Shown: piece after piece, positions 1 through 12,641 of the stretch
Position numbering within the stretch: the stretch's first letter is position 1
How the letters are laid out: each line of letters starts with the position of its first letter
From: Welwitschia mirabilis
Taxonomy: Eukaryota
Assembly (NCBI GenBank): GCA_051453625.1
Contig: JBOZIK010000001.1
Coordinates: 11,305,569-11,348,388, forward strand
Length of the DNA: 42,820 nt
Direction of reading: 5' to 3'
The notes under the pieces: generated by a model
Databases searched by the model: none
The model's input: only the letters and a program-made list of their open reading frames with translations
What the model was told of the DNA's origin: nothing
Translations under genes and position numbers: made by a program

Positions 1-1142
1 TGTTTTCCACTTTTTGCCCTTCTCGTCTCTAGTCTGATCCTTCAGATGTTTACTGTTGGACCTTGTGTTTCGGCTATATAAGCATGGCAATTTACAAGTG
101 AATTATGGTTTGTTCCCTGTGAATCACTGCTCTGGACTAGTTGACTATGTGCTAGACATTTAGGCAAGCAAACCAGTCATTTTCTGACTTGACTCCCTCA
201 TTGAATGCTTGAGTTATGGATCTTCCACTCACCTATGGGTTGCATTTCATAGATAACCCTTCTATTATGCTCTGTTGTTTCTAAAGTTATAATTTGTTAT
301 TTTGTTTTTTTGCCTACTTTTAAGTTGTGTTATTATTATTTTATTCTGTAAAAGTTGTTTTGTTTTTTGTAAAAAGTACTATTTAAGCATGTAACCTTTT
401 TAATTGTTTTAAATGAAATAGTTATCTTTGTGTTCAATTTCAATTTTAAATTGGAAGCATAGTCTAGTTGACATGGGTTCACTGTGATTTCATTGAATCC
501 TGACTGCAGGAGTTGTATGTGAGGAAAATGCAAACTAACAGGAGGCGGTGATTGTGGGATAGTGGAAATTCAAATCATAGAGATGAATCCCTCAATCACA
601 TGTAGTGGTTTGTATATTGCCACTTAACAGAAACACAATTGAAACAGGAAATGGAAATTTGCAAATCAAAGGGATACTGTAAATGTGTATACAAATTGAT
701 TCTTGTAAAAGTGATAAATAAGCTAGAGTGATTGATGTTAATACAACAAATCTATCCTGCATATATGTATTGTTAGGCAGCACACAAACAGTGTAACCTA
801 ATATGTGATATCAGCGGGAATGATAACAATCAGAAGAAAAATCTTTTTTCTAATTGAAATGAAAATAAAGGATACAGATTTTGAAATAAAGGACATTCAA
901 GTTTTTAATTTTGCTAATTTTCCAATGCTCTACTATTTAAAACGAAAAATTGAGAACTGTTGCTCAGAGGCATGACCAAGAGCACATGCTGTCTGTTGTG
1001 TGTTTTTACAAGAACTAACTTAGAGGAAAGCTATCTTAATGGAAGCGAGTAGCCCATGAAACTAAATCCAAAGAAGTGGCAAATTTCAAAGGTGAAGGGG
1101 ATGATGCATGGACAATTGCCATCATAACAAGCCAAACATGAG

Positions 1143-1487
1143 TGTTGGAAAATTACCACACACAACAGAAACATCAAAATGTTAAGCAGCAACAAAGTCA
1201 ACAAGATTAAAAGAAAACACCGAGGAAAAGTAGATTTACATGCAAGGGCCCTTAAGAGTAGAAGGAAACATCTACAGAGTGCAGAGCCGTCTTAGTAACT
1301 ATGCAAAGTGGACTACAAAGATACAATGAAGCAACAGGTACAATCCCTTAAATAGCATTCGGTTTTAATTGTAAACTAATAGCTTAAAATCCTTATAATA
1401 CCCTCTTTATATATAATGTTAAAATTAGCAGTTTACAATGACTAAGCCTTACTACATTGGAAACATAACTGTATAGAACTCTTAACA
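1143..1487 (-). mobile_element. Probable solo LTR (copia-type, ~345 bp)
   Basis: TGTTGG...TTAACA termini; flanks ATGAG / TTGAG (4/5 TSD match); TATATAAAGAGG TATA-like box on the - strand near 1403-1415. Confidence 0.55.
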
Positions 1488-1634
1488 TTGAGGTTTGACT
1501 TCACAACCAAACAAGTTTTGTATCCAAACTTGGAAGAATATATACATGGCAAGGAGTGATCACGTATTCACGTCTTTCTAATGGGTTCCCTATGTGTTCT
1601 CTTGGTTTTGTGCATGTATCTCTGAATGGCATAG

Positions 1635-1884
1635 TGTAACACCCCAACTTTAATTACCCTAATTAACCATAATATTTTTTTTTTGTATTAATAACTAACA
1701 TGCACAANNNNNNNNNNNNNNNNNNNNNNNNNNNNNNNNNNNNNNNNNNNNNNNNNNNNNNNNNNNNNNNNNNNNNNNNNNNNNNNNNNNNNNNNNNNNN
1801 NNNNNNNATTAAAATTAATATCAAAATGTTTTACATAGTTTAGAAACCCTATTAATTAAAGCTTACAAAATGTAGGTTATAACA
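1635..1884. mobile_element. LTR retrotransposon or solo LTR collapsed across a ~100-N gap (gypsy-like terminus)
   Basis: Starts TGTAACACCCC, ends TATAACA; perfect 5-bp TSD CATAG at 1630-1634 and 1885-1889. True length unknown because of the gap. Confidence 0.65.
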
Positions 1885-2189
1885 CATAGTGACCAAGGGC
1901 TCAAGGCAATATTTCCATTTTGATGAGAGATCCTTGCACCTATGTATTCTATTCTCATTCTTTTCTAGAGGATTTCCTTGTCATTGTAGCAACTCCATTA
2001 CTACGTAGGGCCTCTAGACCTTTGCCTGTTTCATCTTCTCCATTAATGCATAGCAGACTTGAGTTCTTCTTCCCTGTTTTACTTCTTGTTTTTTTCTTAG
2101 TTCCCTTATGTTCACATTTAGTTCTTCCTCCAAGAGGATCATTGGGGAATGCATCCATTTTGATCTCTATCCTAAAAGTTTGAACTTTG

Positions 2190-2610
2190 TGTTACTTGAA
2201 CACAGCAGAAAATAGAAATGCAGCAGCAAGAGAAAACAACAGCAGTGAAAACAGCAAACATAGAGACCCAGATTCTAATGTGGTTCAGGCCATTTCTGCC
2301 CAACATCCGCAAAATAGAGCCGGCCTCTATTAGATTAGAAGAGCCTCAAGACACAGACTGTTTTTTTTTGTCAAAGTGGTAGGCAAAAACCTCATGTTTA
2401 TTCCCTTAACCCATGCCTTCTTTTAATGACTCATTTTAGAGCAAAAACTCTAAAGCAACCATGAGTTAACATTAACTTAGTGCCAACCGCCTTGAGATAA
2501 ATAATAACTATCCATTTACAATCATTAAAAGAGTGATACCATTAAGTCAATAGAAATAAACAAAAGAGACCATAACAAAAAAGGGAAATTTTGACTTCAC
2601 TTTGTTAACA
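2190..2610 (-). mobile_element. Solo LTR, Ty1/copia (421 bp)
   Basis: TGTTA...TAACA inverted termini; perfect TSD CTTTG at 2185-2189 and 2611-2615; the reverse complement shares motifs with the copia LTR at 41361. Confidence 0.8.
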
Positions 2611-3809
2611 CTTTGAACATGGGATCTTTATTCAATGCACTGACATGGTGCTTTTAGAGATGCATGAAAGTGAAGGGACTTGGGAAAATCCCTTAGCATG
2701 TTTACATTATCCTCTTAGCATGCCCTACGATCTATTTCCGTAATCATACTTGTACTTGACTATACAAAATATATTTTTGAAATGTGGATCAAGGATGCAA
2801 TCAGGTTTTTATGTTGAAGTATTGAATTAGGGGAATCATGGCAATTGTGGGCTCTGTTGTGTGGAACTGACAAGTTAAAAATATGACAAAAAAAAGACAT
2901 TTTTAGAGACTTTTGCTAATTATGAAAGTTGAATGTTTACTAAGCCCAAAAACACCATAAGAATGATAGAATGATGTACAAAAACCAAACACAATTAATC
3001 AAGAAACACAGTTATTTTCATTACGCCCCTAACTGTTAATAGTCCATACACAAAGAAATAAAAGCTAAATTAGGTGAAACACAACAATCATAATGTCATA
3101 AAACATTTGTAATACAAAAAGTCAATAATACAACAAAATCAATGGCCTTGTTCAGGATGAAGCTTGTCTTTTTGCATAAGCCTAGCTTCTTACTCCAATA
3201 TGAACTCCTCATTAACTGTAGCCTTACTCTTTAGCTTAATGGATGTCTGAAGAAAATCAACATCATCAACTATAGGTTCAAGCTCTTGTCTATAATGTAC
3301 TGTTCTTGGGACATTTAAAAAAACAAAAATAAAAAGAAGGAAGATAATTTGGAGGATCTTACCTGATTGAAAACTAGTGGTATTGGTCTACTTAAGAGTT
3401 GTGTCTCTTTTGGGACACACTTTCATAATAGAATGTTACTTAATAAGCATAAAAATAAGGGTAATTAAATACATTAACTTATGCTTTTCTTGTGAAACAT
3501 AAAAGAGACATTACATTCTACCCCACTTTAGGATTAATCATCCCCACTTAATCCATCATTACATTCTAATCTGGTTTCTCTAACTATAGGAGTCCGTTAT
3601 ACAAATTTCCTACAAAAGAGGTGTCGTCTTGGCTAAGGCAAGTGTAATCACATAAAGGACAAGCCTACACTTGCCTGCAGCCTTTGGCAGAATTAATTTA
3701 GGATTCCATGCGTCTGAATGAGTGATTGGCTTATTTGCACCTCCCAAGTGTTTTACAAAACACCACACACAGAGTTATTTAGAAGTATGACCCTATGGTG
3801 TGACCTTCT

Positions 3810-4832
3810 TGTTGAAGGTCTATGTTTCAATGATGATCAGTGGATTCTATAGCCAGTCCTGAGTAGCGAAGCAGACCTAAATGCACCATTTGAGGGGAGC
3901 CCAAAATTGAGATATTCAGAGTTTGTGCTAACTGGGATGTCTATATCTAAAATGGGTATGTTTGCCCATGTATGCGGTCCAATTGCATAAGGACATCTGG
4001 ATCTAAGCCTAGGAGGTCCTCCCTTGTGTGTGGCTAAATTATACAAGGACGTCTAGAACTGAAACCTAGATGTTCGCCCTGTATGCAGGCAAAATATGCC
4101 TGGACGTCTGGATCTGAAACTGGGACATCTGAGTTATCAATCGGGACGTCCAACATCCTCTTCAGTTTTGAAAAATGGCTGTTCTAAACGTTGAATTCTG
4201 TATTTCAAGACTCCCACGGACATGGAGCTTTACTAGCACACCAACTGATGTTGAGGGCTCACTGTTTAAGATCACAACAGTTATATTATGGTTAGTTCCT
4301 GTATAAATGAGGAGAACATCATTTGCACCAGATTATCACTTACTTGTGCGATAACTTTGTGCTATCTATTACTAGAAGTACACTTCTCTAAGCTATTGTT
4401 CGTAAATCTGAGCATTCTATCTTCTGAATCATTGTACTATCAAGCTGATGATCAGTGCATTCTAAGGCACTCTATTTCCATCAGATTCTTTGTGTATCAT
4501 TGTGTTGTATCTCGAGGTTGAGCATTGTTGTTTAGTCCCTTGAGAGAAGGGTATTGTAAGAAATTGTCAACCTTGAGGTAATGGTCTTGTAAGCTTTGAA
4601 GTGCTAAGGAAACCAGGAGGTTGGAAGCTAGTATTGCTTCGTGAGAGTCGAATAGGTAAAGGGCTAAACCACTATAAAATCTCTAGTGTATTCTTATTGC
4701 TCATATTTTGCTTTCTTCTGTTTATCTGTTCTATTATCTTTCATGTTAAAAGGTCATTCCAATTTGATTTAATTAGAAAATATTCTTAAACACCCTTTCG
4801 AGTCCCCTCTAGCCTGTCATACAATCCTAACA
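3810..4832 (+). repeat. 5' LTR (copy 1) of the Sirevirus
   Basis: TGTTGAAGGTCTATGTTTCAATGATGATC...CCTAACA; aligns by eye with 11443-12059 and 12642-13625; decayed GGGACGTCC repeats and TATAAAT near 4302. Confidence 0.9.
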
Positions 4833-4847
4833 ATCGGGATTAGAGGC
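4833..4847 (+). promoter_or_regulatory. Degenerate primer-binding site (tRNA-iMet type)
   Basis: ATCGGGATTAGAGGC immediately after the LTR end, resembling ATTGGTATCAGAGC. Confidence 0.5.
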
Positions 4848-4898
4848 TGGTCGCTCCAGATCTATTCTTGTTTTTGTGTTTTATCAGGTCTAAAAGAT

Positions 4899-7800
4899 AT
4901 GGCATCCTTAAGCTACCTTGAAGTATAGGTTGTAACGAGACTACCCTACTTCACAAGATCAAACTATGCTCATTGGAAGTCAAACATGCCAATCTTCATG
5001 ACTTCCCTTGACCCAGATATTTGGGAGATAGTGTTGAATGGATATCAACCTCCAACAGTAGTAGATAGCAATGGTNNNNNNNNNNAGATGATAAATGGAA
5101 GGCTCAACTCAACGCTAGGGCAATGAATACAATCATTTGTGCCCTATCAAATGAAGAATATGATGGTGTGGTTCAATGTACAACTGCTCAAGATATGTGG
5201 GAGACTCTGAGAATTGCCCATGGAGGAACTAATGTAGTCAAAAACACAAAGCTAAAGCCCTTGACCCACAAAATTCAAAAACATCAGAATGGATGAGATT
5301 GAATCTATGGTAGAATATACCATAAAAGTTAGTAACATAGTCAACAAAATGTGGGGACTAGGTAAAAGAGTTCCCGAAAACAGAGTAGTCAGGAAAATCC
5401 TTAGAAGCTTGACTTCAAAATTTAGGCCCAAGATCACTGCAATCGAGGAGAGCAAGGATATGGACCAAATGAAGGTAGAAGAGTTGAAAGGTCCCTTAAT
5501 GGCAAATGAGGCAACAGTTCTCCCAGAAGATGAAGATCCAAAAAGAAAGAGCATAGCTCTCAAGGCATGTGAAGAAGAAGATGAAAACCCCTCAGGTGAA
5601 GAAGATGAAGATGAATACCTCACACTTTTTATAAAGAACTTCAAAAAATTTCTTAGAAAAAGAAGATAAGGAAGAGGAGCAAAAAGACCTATCAAGCATG
5701 GAAACGATAAAGGTAAGAACTCCAACTCATCCATACAATGTTATGAATGTAAAGGTTTTGGCCATGTAGCTTCAAAGTGTGCAAACAAGAGGAAGGACAA
5801 CAAAGGAAAATTCAAAAGAAAAAAGGCGCTATAAGTCGACATGGGATGACAATTGTGATGAAGATGGATCAAGTGATGAAGGATTGTTGGACTTTGGGCT
5901 TCTAGCTACAATAGATGATGTAAGTTCTCTTAACTATGGTTGTTTCATAGCCAGTAGTTCTTCTGCTCAAAATGAACACGTGCTTTCATGCGAAAATGAA
6001 TCAACTTCTTCTGAAAATGACTTCTATGATTGCCATGACTTAGATTTTGACTATAATGAACTATCTGAGGCTTACGAAAAATTATATGAACTTAGTATAG
6101 ACCCAGGTAATAAAAGTATTGCCTACAAACAAATCAATGGATGAATTAGAAATTAAATTAAAAGATGCTCGTGGTAAAATTGAATCCTTGATTCTTGAAC
6201 TTCAAGATGCTAGGAACATAGCAAATCATTTGACTCAAGGGAAAGAAAATTTAAGCAATCTCTTGGGCATAGGCCAAAGTCCTTGTGATAAATTTGGGTT
6301 CGACACTTATAGTAGTGAAACTCCAACTTCTCAGTTCTTTGGTCCTAGTGTCAAATATCGATCATTTAACAAAACTATCCTAAAATGTCACTATCGCAAT
6401 AAGTATGGTCACATTCAATTCTCTTGCCCTTTCAAAAAATCCCTATATTTTGGCGTTAATTGGAATCAGATTCATTAGAAAAGCTTCTCACTTCCAACAC
6501 CAATAACCTAATAGGAAAACTAATCTTTGATGGGTAACAAAAATTACTGTGCCATCCTTGTTTGCTCATGCAGCTTTTAAGGCTCAAGGAAAATCAAAAT
6601 GGTACCTTGATAATGGTTGTTCTAGACATATGACAGGGGATAAGAATTTGCTTTCGTCCTTTCAAGAATGTAATGGTGGTGAAGTAACCTTTGGAGGCAA
6701 AGGTAAAGGGCACATCATTGGTAAAGGAGTTGTTGCAACCAACCAAGATCATCCCATCATTTACGACATCTTTTAGTAGATGGGCTAAAACACAACTTAT
6801 TAAGTATATCTCAAATACGTGANNNNNNNNNNGTGACAAAGGAAATGTAGTATCCTTTTTCCAAGATAAGTGCGTAGTTCGAAATGCTAGATCAAATAAA
6901 GTCCTCATAGGCAACAGGTCTAGGTGCATGTATTTAATTTGGAGTAAGGATAAAATGGATGAGAAATGTCACTTGGCTAAAGAGGATGATGCGAACTTGT
7001 GGCACAGGAGATTGGGGCATATGAACTTCAAGGATATACACAATGTCATATCTAAGGAGATTATTAGAGGGGTTTCCAAAATTAATATATTCCAAGCAAA
7101 ATTATGTGAGCCTTGCATAAAAGGCAAATTAACCAAGTCGAGCTTCAAAAGCAAATCCAATACAACTTCTATTAGACCGCTAGATCTAATTCACATGGAT
7201 TTAGTGGTTCCTACTCAAACTTTGAGTATTGGGGGAAGAAGGTATTTTTTTTATTTTTTATTTTTTATTTTTGGTAATGATTGATGACTTTTCAAGATAC
7301 TCTTGGGTAGCCTTACTCATAAGCAAAGATGAATCTTTTGATGCCTTTGTCAAGATATGTAAAGAGTTCAAAATGAAAAGGGATATACCAATTCACTCTA
7401 ATAGAGAAAGTGAATTCATGAATGGAAAATTTGAAGAATTTTGTGATTCACATGGTATTTAACATCAACTTCCTGCACCCAGAACTCTTCAACAAAATGG
7501 GGTTGCAAAAAGGAAGAATAGGGTTTTAATAGAAATGACAAACACCATGTTAAATGAACAATTTCTACCTCGACATTTTTAGGTCGAAGCTATCAATACA
7601 TCCTACTATATAAGCAACAGGGTGTTTTTGAGGCCTAGTACTAACAAAACTCCATATGAGTTGTGGTATGGAAAGAAACCCACAATCAGGTACTTTAAAG
7701 TTTTTGGAAGGAAATGTCTAATTCCTAAAGACAAAGGTACAATCGTCAAATTTGAATCCAAGGTTGATGAAGGAATATTCTTAGGCTATTTCATGAGCAA

Positions 7801-9491
7801 TAAAGCATACCGAGTTTTTTACAAAACAACCTGTAGAATTGAAGAAACAATTCATATCAAGATAGAAGATTCAAACCAAGGTGACGTGCAAGTTAATAAG
7901 TTTGATGACAATAGTGATGAAAAGTCTATCTAGCAGTCATGATGATTCAATACCCCTAATAGCATCCAAGTCAAAGGAGATAGATTCCTTGCAAAAGCAT
8001 ACCTCCCTTCCTTTAAGAACTTAGAGAGATCATCCTCAAGAATATATTCCAAGTAATCCAGATCAAGGAATAACTTCTAGAAGTGGTAAGAATACAAGTG
8101 TTAGTTTTCCATGCGTTTTAGAGCCCTGGACCTTCCAAGAGTCTGAACACTATGAGTCTTGGATGTTGGCAATGCAACAAGAGCTAAACCAATTTGAGTA
8201 TAACAAGGTTTGGGATTTGGTACCAACACCTAAAGGAAAAAACATAATAGGCATCAATTGGATATTTAAGAACGAAAGAGATGAGAATCACAATATCATC
8301 CAAAATAAAGCTAGATCGGTTACCCAAGTGTATAGTCAGCAAGAAAGAATTGACTATGGTGAAACCTTTCCTTCAGTAGCAAGACTTGATGCGATTAGAA
8401 TGTTACTTGGTTTTCCATGCTATCACAAGATAAAGTTATTTCAAATAGATGTGAAAAGTGCATTTCTTAATGGATATATTAATGAAGAAGTCTATGTTGC
8501 TCAACCTCCAGGGTTTGTAGATCATAAATGCCCTGACTATGTTTATAAATTGACCAAAGCCTTGTATGGTCTAAAGCAAGTTCGAAGAGCCTACTTTGAA
8601 AGATTAACCTCCTTTCTTGTTTCAAATGGATTTTCCAAAGGTAACGCAAATTCTACTCTGTTTATAAAATGAGATCTGTTCATAAAATGAGATAATAAGA
8701 ACATTCTTATTGTGCAAATTTATGTAGATGACACAGTGTTTGGATCCACAAAAGAAACTTCTGCTTTAGACTTTGCTAACCTTGTGCACAAAGAATTTGA
8801 AATGAGCCTAATAGGGGAGTTAAATTTCTTTTTAGGCCTTCAAATTAAACAAATGAACGATGGGATCTTTATCAATCAAACTAAATATATTCAAGAAGTC
8901 TTAGAAAAGTATAACATGACAGATAGCAAAGATAGTAGAATTGCTTGGTCCGCGGACATTAAACTAAGCAAAGATATAAGTGGAAATAAAGTGGATCAAA
9001 AACTATATAAAGGATTGATTGATAGCCTTCTCTATGTTACAAGAAGTAGGATATAGTGATGATGATTTGGTTGGATATGTGGATGATTGAAAAAGTACGA
9101 GTGGTTCTTGCTTCTATATGGGAAACTATTTAGTGTTCTGGCTTAGTAGAAAGCAAAACACAGTTTGTTATACACAACAAAGGCCGCATATATTATTGTC
9201 GATGCTTTTTGTGTTTAGCTCTTATGGATGAAACAAATGCTCACAGACTTTGGAGTAAAGATAGATTTGATCAAGCTTTTCTATGACAATACAAGTGTTG
9301 TTAGTATCACCAAGAATCCGGTTCAACAATGAACAAAGCACATTGATATCAGGCATCATTTCATAAGGGATCAAGTTCAAAATAATGCCATTATGTTAAT
9401 TGCAGATGTAATGACTAAAGGGCTCAATGAGGAAAGATTTGTTTATCTAAGAAAGAATTTAGGTATCAGGTCTTGCCCCTCCAATCAATAA
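4899..9491 (+). pseudogene. Sirevirus gag-pol polyprotein, with many stops and frameshifts
   Basis: Gag (RLPYFTRSNYAHWK; VVRKILRSL..KF.PKITAIEESKD), zinc knuckles CYECKGFGHVASKC and CHYRNKYGHIQFSC, protease WYLDNGCSRHMTG, integrase LWHRRLGH/CEPCIKGK/DLIHMDL/TPYELWYGKKP, RT QIDVKSAFLNG/KALYGLKQ/QIYVDD, RNase H TKHIDIRHHFIRD. Confidence 0.93.
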
Positions 9492-9880
9492 CCTCATTTG
9501 TTTCAAGAATAATCCCAAATTCTCCTAACTTTGTCATCATTCTCTCTAAGTGGGCTTCAAAAATTTTGGGTGGTAACTTCATTGTGCAATGTTATCTCTC
9601 CCGGACGTCCCAGATAATTACTCTGGGTTTTTACAACCCGGACGTTTAGGGTATTTTCACCAGACATCGCCTTTTTCAACGAGAGGTGAAATTGTGGGTT
9701 TTACAACCTAGATGTTTAGATAAAAATTCCCGAACATCTGCTCTTGTATGCAGACGTAACCCTATGTGGACAACTGCCACTCTCTCCTCTTTTAAATATC
9801 CAAATTTCTTCTCTTCCCTCATGTTTCACCTCTATAGTTCCCTTGCCAGTGTGTCTGTGTCTCCCTCCCTCTCACTCATC

Positions 9881-10957
9881 ATGGTAAGAAGTAAACTAAC
9901 GGCTTCAAGGAAAGGAAAAGAACCTGCCTTTGAGGAAAAATGGTTTCTCACTCCAAAGCATAGAAAATCCTAGTTTTAAAAGCTTTTCTAAAAGGCCTCT
10001 TGCTCCAAAAAGGAAGATAGACTTCAAATCCTTCAAACATGAAGTCAGACTTGTTCATAAATTTGAAGAACTAGGGTGGTTGTATGTAGTAGAGCCTGAC
10101 ACTTGAGCTTCTACCAGAATAGTACATTTATTCTACTGTAATGCCATTTCTAACCCTATTGAATGGATTTTTACAACCAAAGTGTATGGTAGAAGGGTAG
10201 ATGTGGACCTAGAAGCTATTTCATTAGTTACTGGCTATCCAAATGAAGGCTTCTTCGGAGATATCACTTCTGTTAGTTCATTGCAAGAGGCAGTTTCCAA
10301 AGATACCTTAACTTCTAAACTCTATGGCACAAATTTGGGATGAAGAGCCAACATTCCTACCAAGAACCTGAAACCATTTTACAAAATTTTGTTTCAAAAA
10401 TTTCTACACATAATTTGATACCCAAACTCAGACATAAAGATAAAGTATCTCCTATCTGTGCTTATAAATTGTTTTGTCTTGGCACTAGAGTTAAAATTAA
10501 TCTATGCAAGTTTATCATGTTTTACATAAGTCAGTTCATCAGTGTAAGCTACAGCAACTTGCCATTTGGAGGCTTGATTACAGCTATCTTGGAAAATCAT
10601 CAGTTTAAGATACAGAAAGATGAAGAGCTGGTTAAAGTGCCCAAGCCTCTTGGCCTTTACTCCTTAAAGAAAATGAACATCTTCTCAAATATTGTGGGTC
10701 CTGCTTCTCCTCCCAAAAAGAAGCATCGTACTAAAGAAGGGACAAGCACAGGACCAGTGAGCAATGAAGATCTGATGAAGGCAATTCTAGAGGTAAAAGA
10801 AATTGCAGTAAGAGCTCAACACACTGTAGACAAACTGCACAAGAAAGTCAACAAAATTGTCTTCGGTTTGACTGCCTATGGCCTAGAGATTCCACCCGGA
10901 TCAGAAGAAGAGGAACCGCAGCACACAGCTTTTGAGCATGATGACTCCTCTAACTAG
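9881..10957 (+). pseudogene. Sirevirus env-like / extra ORF, disrupted
   Basis: ATG at 9881 (MVRSKLTASRKGKEP); after a frameshift reads FEELGWLYVV...LFYCNA...VYGRRVDVD and later LPFGGLITAIL with a coiled-coil/acidic tail; lies between pol and the PPT as in Sireviruses. Confidence 0.75.
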
Positions 10958-11371
10958 TTCTCTACCTTTGCTTCATCTCATGCCCTTGTTTTGTACTTAC
11001 CAGCTGATCATTCATACCTAGTTATACCTCAAATCTACTATCTTTTGTAGACCTTCTTCTATAAGTAATGAAATATATTTTCCTTTTCTCTCTCAACTAA
11101 AGCTTTTTTTTAATGAATTATATATTGCTTTTCAATAATCACAAAGGAGAAGAATAAAGTTCAAGAGCTTAAGTAGTGTCTCATTTCTAATGGCAAATGT
11201 ATTTGTGCTCAAAGTTGAATCACAATTAAATCATATTGATGGCCTCCTCAATGTTGAAATATTGAAATCTACTGTCAACCGTTCAAGATCATCTTGCTCT
11301 AAAAAGTGTGCAAAGAGAATCATCTATTAAGTTGTATGTGCACATATCTGTCAATCTCAGAAGCACAAATC

Positions 11372-11442
11372 TAGGGGGAGTAACTAGCTATTCGATCTCC
11401 GAAGTCCTGCAAAATTGTTATCATCATTGGAAAGAGGGAGAT
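11372..11442 (+). promoter_or_regulatory. Multiple polypurine tracts upstream of the LTR
   Basis: AGGGGGAG near 11373 and AAAGAGGGAGAT at 11431-11442 directly before TG; the same pair recurs at 12572-12641. Confidence 0.75.
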
Positions 11443-12059
11443 TGTTGAAGGTCTATGTTTCAATGATGATCAATCAATTCTGTAGCCAGTCCAGAGTAGC
11501 AAATCAAACCTAAATGCATCATCTGAAAAGAGCCCAAATTTGAGATATTCAGAGTTTATGCTAGCCGGGACGTCCGTATCCAAACCTGTGAGGTCTACCC
11601 CTCTGTGTAGCCAAATTATACAGGGACATTTGGAACTAAAACCAGGACGTCTACCCCTGTATGCAGACGAAATATATAGGGACATCCAAATCTAAAACCG
11701 GGACGTCTGCCCATGTACATGGCCTCAGTTTATGTCCATGTCCAAGTTATCAATTGGGACGTCCTACATCCTATTCAGTTTTGACAAGGGCCAAGTATTA
11801 TAATAGGGATGTTTGGATTATCAGAAGGGGACGTCTAGACGGGCAAACGTTGGAGTGGAAAAATGGCCATTCTGAGCGATGGATTTCGTATTCCATGACT
11901 CCAACAAACATGAAGCTTTACTAGCATACCAACCGATGTTGAGGGCTCACTGTTTAAGATCACAACAACTATATTTGGTTGGTTCCTATATAAAAGAGAA
12001 GAACATCATTTGCAATAGATTATCACTTACTCATGCAATAATTCTGTGTTATCTATTAC
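11443..12059 (+). repeat. Sirevirus LTR copy 2, interrupted
   Basis: Same start as copy 1; homology stops abruptly after ...ATCTATTAC, where copies 1 and 3 continue TAGAAGTACAC / TGGAAGTACAC. Confidence 0.88.
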
Positions 12060-12471
12060 TGTTAGTATAATCTGTAGAGATAATTGGTTTCAATGATGAG
12101 CAAAAGACTGGTATCAGCACATCGTTTCATGTGAAAAATTAGAAGCTGTGCCAAACGGGATGTCCGCCTCTCAAACTGGGACATCCGGCTCTGAAAGCAG
12201 TCCAAATGTATAGGGACGTCTGGCCTGCTAACTGGGACGTCCGGCTCTGGATGCGGTCCAAATGTATGGGAACGTCCGGCCTGCTAAATGGGACGTCCGG
12301 CTCTAAATGCGGTCCTAATATATTGGGACGTCCGACTTCCAAAACGGGACGTCCGGATCTGTATGCAGCCCAAATGTATTGGGACGTCCGGATTTGAAAC
12401 TGGGACGTCCGGATCTAAATCAGAATCTTAACGTTATAACCGGGACGTCCGGTACAAAAAATTGGGACGTC
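12060..12471 (+). mobile_element. Start of a different, younger Sirevirus-like LTR nested in LTR copy 2, running into a gap
   Basis: Begins TGTTAG, shares GTTTCAATGATGA with the host LTR start, and carries ~12 largely intact GGGACGTCCGG motifs with a 56-bp period. Confidence 0.65.
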
Positions 12472-12641
12472 NNNNNNNNNNNNNNNNNNNNNNNNNNNNN
12501 NNNNNNNNNNNNNNNNNNNNNNNNNNNNNNNNNNNNNNNNNNNNNNNNNNNNNNNNNNNNNNNNNNNNNNNAAGGGGAGTAATTAGCTATTCGATCTCGA
12601 AAGTCCTATAAAAGTGTTGTGATCATTAAAATGGAGGAGAT

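Noticed and set aside
5252..5734. 160-aa - strand ORF
   Set aside because: Antisense shadow of the purine-rich gag sequence.
12109..12120. TGGTATCAGCAC resembling an iMet PBS
   Set aside because: It lies ~50 bp inside an apparent LTR start, is not preceded by an LTR end, and matches only 9 nt.
12157..12471. Regularly spaced palindromic repeats that superficially resemble a CRISPR array
   Set aside because: The spacers are themselves repeated, the context is a plant LTR U3 region, and no cas genes are present.
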